Source: Oscillospiraceae bacterium
Lineage (GTDB): Bacteria; Bacillota; Clostridia; Oscillospirales; SIG627
DNA: 64,000 nucleotides
NCBI GenBank assembly: GCA_015065265.1
Contig: SVQQ01000001.1
Coordinates: 5,544 to 69,543 of the forward strand
Direction of reading: 5' to 3'
Made by a program: the position numbers and the translations under genes. Under the pieces are notes generated by a model. It did not search any database, was not told the DNA's origin, and was given only the letters and a program-made list of their open reading frames with translations. This document shows positions 1 through 8,169 of the stretch, piece by piece (within the stretch, counting starts at the first letter, position 1; each line of letters starts with the position of its first letter).

Positions 1-1
1 T

Positions 2-358
2 GCCGATGCTTGTCCTCTCGGTGCGATAAGCAAGACCGAGACCGAAGAAGTAGAGATTGCAGGTAAAAAGTTCACAGTTGGAAAAATAGACTATAATAAG
101 TGTAAGATTTGTCAGAATGGCGCCGTTGTAAACCGTTTCTCATCCGACGCCAAGCCCGACAGAATAGCCGCACTTTGTAACCGTACCTGTATGTGTTCTC
201 TTGAAGAAAGAGAAGTGCTGGGAAATGTATTTGAGAATAAATTCCGTACAAGTGAAGTTTGGAGTATCGGACAGAGCAACGACGGACTTGACTTCTGTGC
301 CGATCAGGCAAACGTATTGGGAGGCTCTTTCTCAAAAAGCGGAAAGAGAGGTCACTGA
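2..358 (+). CDS. QueG/RdhA-superfamily Fe-S protein, C-terminal fragment (5' end outside window)
   Basis: Frame 2 is open from the window edge to TGA 356-358; the M-anchored ORF track misses it. The translation ...ADACPLGAI...NKCKIC...ALCNRTCMCSLEE... follows the Cys-motif order of the adjacent 372-aa paralogue. The next gene starts 2 nt after this stop. Confidence 0.55.
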   Translation, partial: ADACPLGAISKTETEEVEIAGKKFTVGKIDYNKCKICQNGAVVNRFSSDAKPDRIAALCNRTCMCSLEEREVLGNVFENKFRTSEVWSIGQSNDGLDFCADQANVLGGSFSKSGKRGH

Positions 359-360
359 AA

Positions 361-1479
361 ATGAAACTGACGTCTCAAATATTAAAGGAAAAGGCAAAAG
401 AACTTGGCATTGATTGCATTGCAATAGGCAACATTGAGAGATTTAAGAATGCCCCCAAGCTTATGAGCCCCCTTTCGTATTTTCCTAATGCAAAATCGGT
501 TATTGCAATAGCAATGCCTATCCCGAGAGGTGCTAACCGAGGAATTGAAGAAGGCACTCATTGGCACAACTACACCTTTTATACATACAACAAATTAAAC
601 TCATTTTTCAGACCTATCAAGACCTATGAACTTTCTTGTTTCATCGAAGATTGCGGATATGAAGCGGTAGCACATTACCCCGCCGTACCCGAAGGTAACG
701 GAACCACAAGAAAGCCTGTGGCGGAAGGAAAACTTCCCCCCGACGTAGTTTGCAGTATCCGTGTAATTGCGGCAGGCTGCGGTCTTGGTGAAATTGGTTG
801 GTCTAAAGTATTCCTCACAAAGAAATACGGTCCGCGAGTAAGACTCGGACTCATCTTCACCGACGCAGAACTTGAACCCGACCCGATTTTAGATACGGGT
901 ACTATCTGTACTCACTGCGGAGCCTGTGCAAGAGGTTGTCCCGGAGGGGCAATTCCCGACCCCAAGGACGAAAACGCTCGTATTACAGTAGATTTCGGTG
1001 AAAAGCAGATATACTTCGGTGACGTTCAGATGGGAAGATGTACTCTTTCTCACCACGGTATGAACAACGAATGTTCACCCTTCTTGAAGAAAGAATTTCC
1101 CAATATGGCGTTTGACGTCAGAAATTCACAGATGACCGAAGAAGAAGCATATATTCTCTGCTATTCTCTTGCGGGCGCTAAATGGGGACGTAAACCCGGA
1201 AGCCACGCGGTTATGGAATATTACAGCCACATACTTAACCACACGGGTTACTTTGCTATATGCGGTGCGAGAGGTTGTATCCGTTCTTGTATGGACGCCC
1301 TTGAACGTTCGGGAAAAATAGAACAGACATTTAATAACAAGTACTTCAAGAACAAGAGATGGCAACTTCCTCTTCATCCCGAAAAGATATCCCGAGGTGT
1401 CAACCCTTACCGCGAAGAGTTCCTTGATAAACATTACCCCGGAATTCGCGAAAAAGAATATGAAAAGAAAGAAAAATAA
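361..1479 (+). CDS. epoxyqueuosine-reductase / reductive-dehalogenase-like protein (two 4Fe-4S motifs)
   Basis: ATG 361 is preceded by AGAGAGG. Motifs are CTHCGACARGCPGGAI (CxxCxxCxxxCP) and CGARGCIRSC. The blocks AKSVIAIAMPIP and IRVIAAGCGLGEIGWSKVFLT..YGPRVRLG line up with B. subtilis QueG as I recall it. Confidence 0.65.
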   Translation: MKLTSQILKEKAKELGIDCIAIGNIERFKNAPKLMSPLSYFPNAKSVIAIAMPIPRGANRGIEEGTHWHNYTFYTYNKLNSFFRPIKTYELSCFIEDCGYEAVAHYPAVPEGNGTTRKPVAEGKLPPDVVCSIRVIAAGCGLGEIGWSKVFLTKKYGPRVRLGLIFTDAELEPDPILDTGTICTHCGACARGCPGGAIPDPKDENARITVDFGEKQIYFGDVQMGRCTLSHHGMNNECSPFLKKEFPNMAFDVRNSQMTEEEAYILCYSLAGAKWGRKPGSHAVMEYYSHILNHTGYFAICGARGCIRSCMDALERSGKIEQTFNNKYFKNKRWQLPLHPEKISRGVNPYREEFLDKHYPGIREKEYEKKEK

Positions 1480-1501
1480 GCATTTTGAAAGGGAAGTAAA
1501 T

Positions 1502-3763
1502 ATGTCTATTTCAGTGGTATATCCCGAAAGGGCGCATACGGCGTATAAGATTGCGGCAGAGGAGTTCGTCTCTTTGGCAAAAGAAGTTTCTACTCAAACT
1601 CTCACCCTTGTTTCAGACCACGAGGAACTTCCTTCCGACACTTCGTCTGTGGTAGTTATCGGTGCCGATTCCGTGAACAGCGTTTGTGCAAACCTCTATC
1701 TTAAAAGAAAAATCGGTGACTTCGGGATAAGATATAACACAGAAGACTATCGCGTTTATACAAAGAATATCGATGGGCTGGACTATCTTTTTATCGCGGG
1801 CGGAAGACCGAGAGCCACCTTGTATGCTATTTACCGCTATTTTGAGAAGTTTTGCGGCTGCCGTTGGTTCTGGGACGGAGACCGCATAACGAAGGTAAAA
1901 GAACTTCCCTTGACAAATATCGACCTTACCGAATCTCCTCGCTTTGAGTACAGAGGACTCAGATACTTTGCCCACCGCAGTCTTCACCGCTTCCAAGCGG
2001 AGCATTGGAGTCTTGAGGATTGGCAAAAAGAAATTGACTGGATGCTCAAAAAACGTCTCAATATGTTTATGCTTCGCATAGGCCTTGACGATATTTTCCA
2101 GAAGGCGTTTCCCGACGTGGTCGATTACCCCAAACTTAACGAGCCTTTACCCGAGGCAGGTATCGAGCATCACGACAGAAACCTGTTCTGGTCCCTTGAA
2201 TACCGCGGAGAACTTCGAAAGAAACTTCTTGCCTACGCCTTTGAACGTGACCTTATGCACCCCGAAGATTGCGGAACGGTTACCCATTGGTATTCACGTA
2301 CCCCCAAGTCCTTCCTTGAAAAAGTCAACCCCAAACTTTTGCACAGTACAAAATATAACGGCGAACTGACGGGGCAGACCTGGGACGTATTCGACGACAA
2401 TAACCTTGAAAATTACTTCAAACTCACCGAAACACATATCAAAGAATACGGAAAGGCGGAACTTTTTCACACCATAGGTCTTGCAGAGCGCAACTTCTCG
2501 GAAGACAGGGAAGAGAATATGCGACTCAAGATGTACGTGTACAGACGAATTGCATCCTTCTTGAAGGAAAAGCATCCTCAATCCAAACTCTTTATCGCAA
2601 GTTGGGACCTCTGGATGTTCTACACCCCCGAAGAGATACAGAGACTGCTCGGCGAACTTGACCCTTCGCAGTCGATTATTCTCGACTATACCTCGGACAC
2701 GGTGAGCAGCCGAAACTTCAAGAGTTGGGACATTGTAGGAAACTACCCTTGGGTATTCGGAATGTTTGGCGGATATGAGCCCGACAATGAATTCAGAGGT
2801 TTTTACGAATTAACAAACGAGCGTATTAAGATTGCAAAGGAAGACCCCATGTGTAAGGGCGTAATCCTTTGGCCCGAACTTTCTCACGGGGACACCTTGA
2901 TGACAGAGTATCTTGCCCGAAACGCGTGGGAAAAAGAGACTCTTTCTGTTGAAGAGACGGTGGATAACTACTGTTTCGACCGTTACCCCGAGGAGATGAG
3001 AGGGAAGATGCGAGAGATCTGGCGTGACTTTATGCCCATCGTACAGATGCGCTCGTGGAGCCCTACCGACAGCGTTACAATGTTCTGGGGACAGAACACT
3101 TTCACCTGGATGATAGAACGAGCTTCCTTCGAGGATAAGCCCTACCCCTATTACGGAAGAAGTCCGGAAGATGCGAGAACTTGTCAGAAAGAGGCAGTTC
3201 GCGTCTTAAAGGCGCTCTCGGAGATTGAGACAGATGACGAAATGCTTCGCCGTGACGTTTTCGATATTGCAAGAACTGTTATGGCAAGATATATAGACTG
3301 TGGAATTCGTCTTGCGGAATTACAGTATTTTAGCAAGGATGCGAAAATGACAGAGACTATGGACAAGACCGTCGATCTTATGACATCCCTTTCCAACCTT
3401 CTGTCAGGCCACAAGGACTTCTCACTCTTTGACTCTCTTGAGAAGATGAGAGCGGTGACCGAAACCAAGCGTGATTTTGAAATCACTCTCAAGCATAATG
3501 CCGAAGGCTATTACTGCCGTTCGTTTATTGCGGAAAATGCAAAATATCTCTATCTTCCCGAAATGAATATTATTTTTGACGAAGTCAAGAGAGCCTTTAA
3601 CAGCGGTAAAGAAATAGACAGAGAGAAGATAAACAGTGAGTTTAATAAAAACCGCGAACGCTACTTCAATACCCCCCTTCGTGATATGGCGTTTAACTGC
3701 GCGGACTTGAAAGAAGTCTTGAAGAGAGCGGCAGAAACGATTGACGAAATTAAATTTAATTAG
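1502..3763 (+). CDS. GH89-like alpha-N-acetylglucosaminidase (distant NAGLU homologue)
   Basis: ATG 1502 (MSISVVYPE) has AGGGAAG upstream; the track start at 1397 overlaps the previous gene. The blocks WQKEIDWM, HTIGLAERNF (cf. FNEM), PWVFGMFGGYEPDN (cf. HNFGGNHG) and ILWPELSHGD (cf. MAPEGISQNE) follow the NAGLU catalytic-domain order. Confidence 0.6.
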   Translation: MSISVVYPERAHTAYKIAAEEFVSLAKEVSTQTLTLVSDHEELPSDTSSVVVIGADSVNSVCANLYLKRKIGDFGIRYNTEDYRVYTKNIDGLDYLFIAGGRPRATLYAIYRYFEKFCGCRWFWDGDRITKVKELPLTNIDLTESPRFEYRGLRYFAHRSLHRFQAEHWSLEDWQKEIDWMLKKRLNMFMLRIGLDDIFQKAFPDVVDYPKLNEPLPEAGIEHHDRNLFWSLEYRGELRKKLLAYAFERDLMHPEDCGTVTHWYSRTPKSFLEKVNPKLLHSTKYNGELTGQTWDVFDDNNLENYFKLTETHIKEYGKAELFHTIGLAERNFSEDREENMRLKMYVYRRIASFLKEKHPQSKLFIASWDLWMFYTPEEIQRLLGELDPSQSIILDYTSDTVSSRNFKSWDIVGNYPWVFGMFGGYEPDNEFRGFYELTNERIKIAKEDPMCKGVILWPELSHGDTLMTEYLARNAWEKETLSVEETVDNYCFDRYPEEMRGKMREIWRDFMPIVQMRSWSPTDSVTMFWGQNTFTWMIERASFEDKPYPYYGRSPEDARTCQKEAVRVLKALSEIETDDEMLRRDVFDIARTVMARYIDCGIRLAELQYFSKDAKMTETMDKTVDLMTSLSNLLSGHKDFSLFDSLEKMRAVTETKRDFEITLKHNAEGYYCRSFIAENAKYLYLPEMNIIFDEVKRAFNSGKEIDREKINSEFNKNRERYFNTPLRDMAFNCADLKEVLKRAAETIDEIKFN

Positions 3764-3792
3764 TACAAAAGTCAAACTTTAAGGAGAAAACT

Positions 3793-4782
3793 ATGATTTG
3801 GGCAACCTACGCGACCCTTGGATACAGAATGTGGACCTACAGAAAAGCGCCGAAAAGTTTTACCTTTGAGGAAGAGGCTTGGAAGAGCCTTGTGAGGTGT
3901 GCAAAAGACAAGGGCCTTAATATGATAATCCTCGACCTCGGCGAAGGAGTTCAGTGGAAGTCGCACCCAGAAATTTCAATCGAGGGTGCGTGGAGTCACG
4001 AAAAGGTAAAAGAAGAGGTTCTGCGCCTTCGCGAGATGGGAATAGAACTCATCCCGAAGATGAATTTCTCTGCCTGTCATCATCTGTGGCTCGGTGAATA
4101 CAGACTTATGATGTGTACCCACACCTACTACACCGTTTGCCGTGACCTAATTGAAGAAGCGTATGAAATGTTCCTTCACCCCTCTTATATTCATCTTGGA
4201 ATGGACGAGGAAGGAAGCGAGACACAGTTTAAAATCTACGACCACATTGTAAACTACAGAAAAGGTGACATCTATTGGCACGACTACAAGTACTTGACCG
4301 ACTGTGTAAGAGAACTCGGTGCTACCCCTTGGGTATGGGGAGACTCGGCAATAGACGACTACGAAGGCTTTCGTAAGGCGGTTACCCCCGAGGACGACCT
4401 CATTGTTAACCCTTGGTGGTATCACGCGTGGAAGGAAGAGCACTTCAACCGTCTCGACAGCAGAGAGGACTGGTTCTGTCACCTTAAAACTCATCCCGAG
4501 CTTACCTATTTTGAAGAACTTCACGCGAGAACTATGGAAGGCTATAGAACCCTTGCCAAAGACGGATACAAACTCGTTCCCTGCGGTTCGTTTTTAGGTA
4601 GAGACGAGTGGTGTTTCGACGACCTATTAGACGAGTTTCGCGGTCTTTGCAAGAAGGAAAATCTGCTCGGCTTTATGACTGCCCCTTGGCGTCACACACG
4701 TGTTGAAAATATACCTTTAATCGAGGAAGATTTCGAATATTTAAGAAAAGCCCGAGAAAAATATTTCCCCGAAAATAAATAA
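3793..4782 (+). CDS. hypothetical TIM-barrel glycosidase-like protein (possibly GH20-like)
   Basis: AAGGAG lies upstream of ATG 3793. The protein is 329 aa with no signal peptide. LIPKMNFSACHH and IHLGMDEEG weakly resemble the hexosaminidase blocks IPEID.PGH and HIGGDE. Confidence 0.4.
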   Translation: MIWATYATLGYRMWTYRKAPKSFTFEEEAWKSLVRCAKDKGLNMIILDLGEGVQWKSHPEISIEGAWSHEKVKEEVLRLREMGIELIPKMNFSACHHLWLGEYRLMMCTHTYYTVCRDLIEEAYEMFLHPSYIHLGMDEEGSETQFKIYDHIVNYRKGDIYWHDYKYLTDCVRELGATPWVWGDSAIDDYEGFRKAVTPEDDLIVNPWWYHAWKEEHFNRLDSREDWFCHLKTHPELTYFEELHARTMEGYRTLAKDGYKLVPCGSFLGRDEWCFDDLLDEFRGLCKKENLLGFMTAPWRHTRVENIPLIEEDFEYLRKAREKYFPENK

Positions 4783-4807
4783 GAAAAAATACATTTTACA
4801 CTCTTTT

Positions 4808-4849
4808 AAACACAAGTTTACACATCTTGTAAACTTGTGTTTTATTTTT
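4808..4849 (+). terminator. intrinsic terminator after the 3793-4782 gene
   Basis: A 15-bp perfect stem AAACACAAGTTTACA / TGTAAACTTGTGTTT with loop CATCT is followed by TTATTTTT. Confidence 0.8.
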
Positions 4850-4860
4850 GTGAAAAAGAA

Positions 4861-4889
4861 TTGACAAAGGGATATCCTTTTGCTAAAAT
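4861..4889 (+). promoter_or_regulatory. sigma-A promoter for the Gfo/Idh/MocA gene
   Basis: TTGACA (4861-4866), a 17-nt spacer, then TAAAAT (4884-4889). Confidence 0.65.
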
Positions 4890-4921
4890 AGTATCGAAAT
4901 TAAGTGTTTAGGAGTAGTATT

Positions 4922-6199
4922 ATGAAGCAGTTATCTCTTATAGTTATCGGTGGCGGGGACCGAGGAAGCAGTTATCTAAAAACCTTGCAGGTAACCCCCG
5001 AAAAGTTTAAACTTGTGGCAATTGCCGAGCCTGTAAAAGAAAAAAGAGACCACCTCAGAGATTTATATAACGTACCCGAGGAAATGTGTTTTGAAAGTTG
5101 GGAAGACCTGCTCTCCCTTGACAAAATCGCAGACGTCGCCCTCATTTGCACACAGGACAAGATGCACTTTGCTCCTGCTATGAAGGCTATCGAAAAGAAG
5201 TATGACCTACTTCTCGAAAAACCTATTGCCCCCACTCCCGAAGAGTGCTTTAAAATCTCAGAATATGCAAAAGAGCAGGGAGTAAAGGTGCTGGTTTGCC
5301 ACGTTCTGAGATACACCCCTTTCTATAAGGTGATAAAAGAGTTCATTGAAGAGGGGAATCTCGGCGAAGTTATAAACGTTGTACATACGGAAGGTGTTGG
5401 CAACGTACATATGAGCCATAGTTTCGTCAGAGGAAACTGGCGAAACACAGCGGAATCTGCCCCAATGATACTTGCAAAATGCTGTCACGACACAGATATG
5501 CTTCAATGGATTATGAAAGAGCCTTGCACTAAGGTACATTCCTTTGGTACTCGCGCATATTTCCGCAGTGAAAATGCCCCCGAAGGCGCTCCCAAGCGTT
5601 GTACCGACGGTTGTCCTCACAAGGACACTTGCTTCTACTATGCCCCCAACGTTTATAAAATTGACACCGCCGAAGTTCAACACTTCAGAGCCATTGCGGC
5701 AAACAAATTCAACCCCACCGACGAAGAGGTTGACGAAGTACTTAAAACGTCTCCCTACGGAAGATGTGTTTACTACTGCGACAACGACGTAGTTGACCAT
5801 CAGGTAGTAAGTATGCAGTTTGGCGAAAACAAACACGTAACCCTCACTATGTCCGCCTTTAATAAAGGTGGCAGAACTTCACATATTATGGGAACAAAAG
5901 GCGAACTTCGTGCCAATATGGAAGGTCAGGTTATGGAGTTTTACGACTATGCCACAAGAGAAACCACTCAGGTGTACCACCCCGAAAAAACCCTCGACTA
6001 TACTATTGCGGGAGGTCACGCAGGTGGCGACTTTGGAATAATGCAGGACCTTTACGACTACATTGTCCTTGACAAACCCTCAATTTCTATTTCAGACGTA
6101 TCCGCGTCCTGTCTTGCACACCTTATCTGCTTTGCGGCAGAGGAATCAAGACTGACTGACAAGGTTATTGATATGAAAGAGTATATAAAGACTTTATAA
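4922..6199 (+). CDS. Gfo/Idh/MocA family NAD(P)-dependent oxidoreductase
   Basis: ATG 4922 follows TAGGAG; the track start at 4904 is a GTG upstream of that RBS. The N-terminal Rossmann motif is LIVIGGGDRGSSY, with EKP and CHVLRY blocks. A Cys-rich insert reads CTDGCPHKDTC. Confidence 0.8.
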   Translation: MKQLSLIVIGGGDRGSSYLKTLQVTPEKFKLVAIAEPVKEKRDHLRDLYNVPEEMCFESWEDLLSLDKIADVALICTQDKMHFAPAMKAIEKKYDLLLEKPIAPTPEECFKISEYAKEQGVKVLVCHVLRYTPFYKVIKEFIEEGNLGEVINVVHTEGVGNVHMSHSFVRGNWRNTAESAPMILAKCCHDTDMLQWIMKEPCTKVHSFGTRAYFRSENAPEGAPKRCTDGCPHKDTCFYYAPNVYKIDTAEVQHFRAIAANKFNPTDEEVDEVLKTSPYGRCVYYCDNDVVDHQVVSMQFGENKHVTLTMSAFNKGGRTSHIMGTKGELRANMEGQVMEFYDYATRETTQVYHPEKTLDYTIAGGHAGGDFGIMQDLYDYIVLDKPSISISDVSASCLAHLICFAAEESRLTDKVIDMKEYIKTL

Positions 6200-6208
6200 A
6201 ATCAAATC

Positions 6209-6254
6209 AAAACAGGTTGGAAACCCAAAAGTTCTAACCTGTTTTATTTTTTTT
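6209..6254 (+). terminator. intrinsic terminator
   Basis: Stem AAAACAGGTT / AACCTGTTTT with a 17-nt loop, followed by a long T tract. Confidence 0.65.
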
Positions 6255-6284
6255 AATAGAAAATTCACAATTTTGTTTTTTTAC

Positions 6285-6313
6285 TTGTGTTTTTCGTTAT
6301 TTTGTGTTATCAT
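6285..6313 (+). promoter_or_regulatory. candidate extended -10 promoter for the aldo/keto reductase gene
   Basis: TTGTGT (6285-6290), a 17-nt spacer containing TGt, then TATCAT (6308-6313). Confidence 0.35.
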
Positions 6314-6357
6314 TTAAGAAACAGACCTATACTTATTAGAAAATAATTGGAAGTAAT

Positions 6358-7305
6358 ATGAAGTATTCTAATTCATTTGGTAAAGAAAGCTCAAAAATTT
6401 TACTTGGCACAGCATATTTTGGAGATACAATAAGCGAAGATAGTGCCTTTCACATAATGGACGTTTATCGTGAGATGGGAGGAACCCATATCGACACTGC
6501 CCGTCTTTATGCAGGTGGCGAGTCAGAGAAGGTAGTCTCCCGTTGGTTTAAATCGAGAAAGCCACAGAATATGCGACTTTCTACAAAAGGAGCATTCCCA
6601 AACCCCGAAACCCCCAACGTTCCAAGGGTAAATGAAAAAGAAATCAGACACGACCTTGATTTAAGTCTCAAGGCTCTTGACGTTGACTCTATTGAGTTTT
6701 ACTGGCTACATAGAGACGATGAAAATCAAGATGCAGGAGAGATTATAGAAATAATGAACTCTCTTGTAAAAGAGGGCAAAATATTGCGCTTTGGCGCGTC
6801 AAATTGGCGACATCAACGAGTTGACAGAGCGAACTCATATGCAAAAGAGCACGGACTTCAGGGCTTTTCCGGAGCACAGATAAGGTTCAGTCCTGCCATA
6901 ATTTCCCCAGACGGAAATGCAGACAGAACACTTGTTGATATGAGTGAAGAAGCCTTTGATTATTACAAAGAGAACAATATCCCCGTTGCCGCCTACGCAT
7001 CACAGGCAAAAGGTTTTTTCTCAAAAATGGCAACGATAGGCGAGTCGGGTCTTAACGTAAAGTCAAAAGAGAGATATTTGTGCGAAGAAAATCTAAAAAG
7101 ACTTGACGTGATAAAGGCACTTTCCGAAAAATATTCAATATCGGTGGCATCAACCGTCTGTGCCTCACTTATAAATCTTGAAAACCCCGACGTTTACGCC
7201 ATAATCGGTGGCAGTAAGCCCGAACAAATTGTAGACTCAATGTCAGGTTGCGACACAACCTTTGAAAAAAACGAACTGGAAGAGATTTTCAAATATAAAA
7301 TATAG
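6358..7305 (+). CDS. aldo/keto reductase
   Basis: 315 aa. GTHIDTARLYAGGESE, YWLHRDD and FGASNW are typical AKR blocks. Confidence 0.8.
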   Translation: MKYSNSFGKESSKILLGTAYFGDTISEDSAFHIMDVYREMGGTHIDTARLYAGGESEKVVSRWFKSRKPQNMRLSTKGAFPNPETPNVPRVNEKEIRHDLDLSLKALDVDSIEFYWLHRDDENQDAGEIIEIMNSLVKEGKILRFGASNWRHQRVDRANSYAKEHGLQGFSGAQIRFSPAIISPDGNADRTLVDMSEEAFDYYKENNIPVAAYASQAKGFFSKMATIGESGLNVKSKERYLCEENLKRLDVIKALSEKYSISVASTVCASLINLENPDVYAIIGGSKPEQIVDSMSGCDTTFEKNELEEIFKYKI

Positions 7306-7326
7306 TTTTGGAAGGACGTATCTAAA

Positions 7327-8169
7327 ATGATAAAGACAGAACTTGTTATTATGGCTGCAGGAATGGGCAGCCGCTTCGGAGGACTCAAACAGATAGCCCC
7401 CTTCGGTCCAAAAGGAGAGGCGCTCCTTGATTTTTCCCTCTACGACGCTAAAAAAGCAGGATTTGATAAAACCATAATTATCATTAAGAAGGAAATAGAA
7501 AAAGATTTCAGAGAGGCTTGTGGAAAACGAATTGAAAAGATAATGGACGTTGACTACGCTTTTCAGGAATTGGACAAATTACCTGAAGGATACAGTGTTC
7601 CCGAAGGAAGACAGAAGCCTTGGGGCACAGGACATGCGGTACTCTCGGCAAAGGATAAGATAACTTCCCCCTTTGCAGTTATCAACGCCGACGACTATTA
7701 CGGTCAGTCCTCTTATAAGATCATTCACGACCACCTTGTTTCCTCTGACGAAATGTGTATGGTGGGATACCGCCTTGGCAACACCATCACCGAAAACGGA
7801 ACAGTGTCACGTGGTGTGTGTCAGGTGGAGAACGGATATCTGACCGGCATTGAAGAAGTGACCGCAATAGACAAAAATTCGGGAATACCTCTTGATACAA
7901 CGGTTTCAATGAATATGTGGGGCTTTGCTCCCGACATTCTCGATTATCTTGAAGTACAGTTTAAGAAATTCCTTGACGAAAGAATAAATGAGCCTAAATC
8001 GGAATTTTTCCTGCCATTTGCAGTTAGCACAAGAATGGCGGAAGAAAATAAAAAAGTTAAAGTTCTTACCACAGATGAACAGTGGTACGGTGTAACCTAT
8101 AAAGAAGATAGCGACACGGTAAGAAGGGCAATGGAAAAATTTATTGCGGAAGGAAAATATGAGTTATGA
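7327..8169 (+). CDS. sugar-1-phosphate nucleotidyltransferase family protein
   Basis: The N-terminal motif VIMAAGMGSRFGGLKQ is a G-rich NTP-transferase signature. KPWGTGHAV and INADDYYG blocks are present. The stop overlaps the next start (ATGA). Confidence 0.7.
   Translation: MIKTELVIMAAGMGSRFGGLKQIAPFGPKGEALLDFSLYDAKKAGFDKTIIIIKKEIEKDFREACGKRIEKIMDVDYAFQELDKLPEGYSVPEGRQKPWGTGHAVLSAKDKITSPFAVINADDYYGQSSYKIIHDHLVSSDEMCMVGYRLGNTITENGTVSRGVCQVENGYLTGIEEVTAIDKNSGIPLDTTVSMNMWGFAPDILDYLEVQFKKFLDERINEPKSEFFLPFAVSTRMAEENKKVKVLTTDEQWYGVTYKEDSDTVRRAMEKFIAEGKYEL

Noticed and set aside
1397-1501. An upstream extension of the GH89-like ORF (the track start at 1397).
   Set aside because: It overlaps the last 83 nt of the preceding gene and lacks an RBS. 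ATG 1502 has one, and a sensible protein N-terminus begins there.
5258-5836. A 192-aa ORF antisense to the Gfo/Idh/MocA gene. Similar antisense ORFs occur at 29241-29732 and 63066-63784, among others.
   Set aside because: These are shadow ORFs that lie entirely inside well-supported genes on the opposite strand. They have no RBS and no recognisable motifs.
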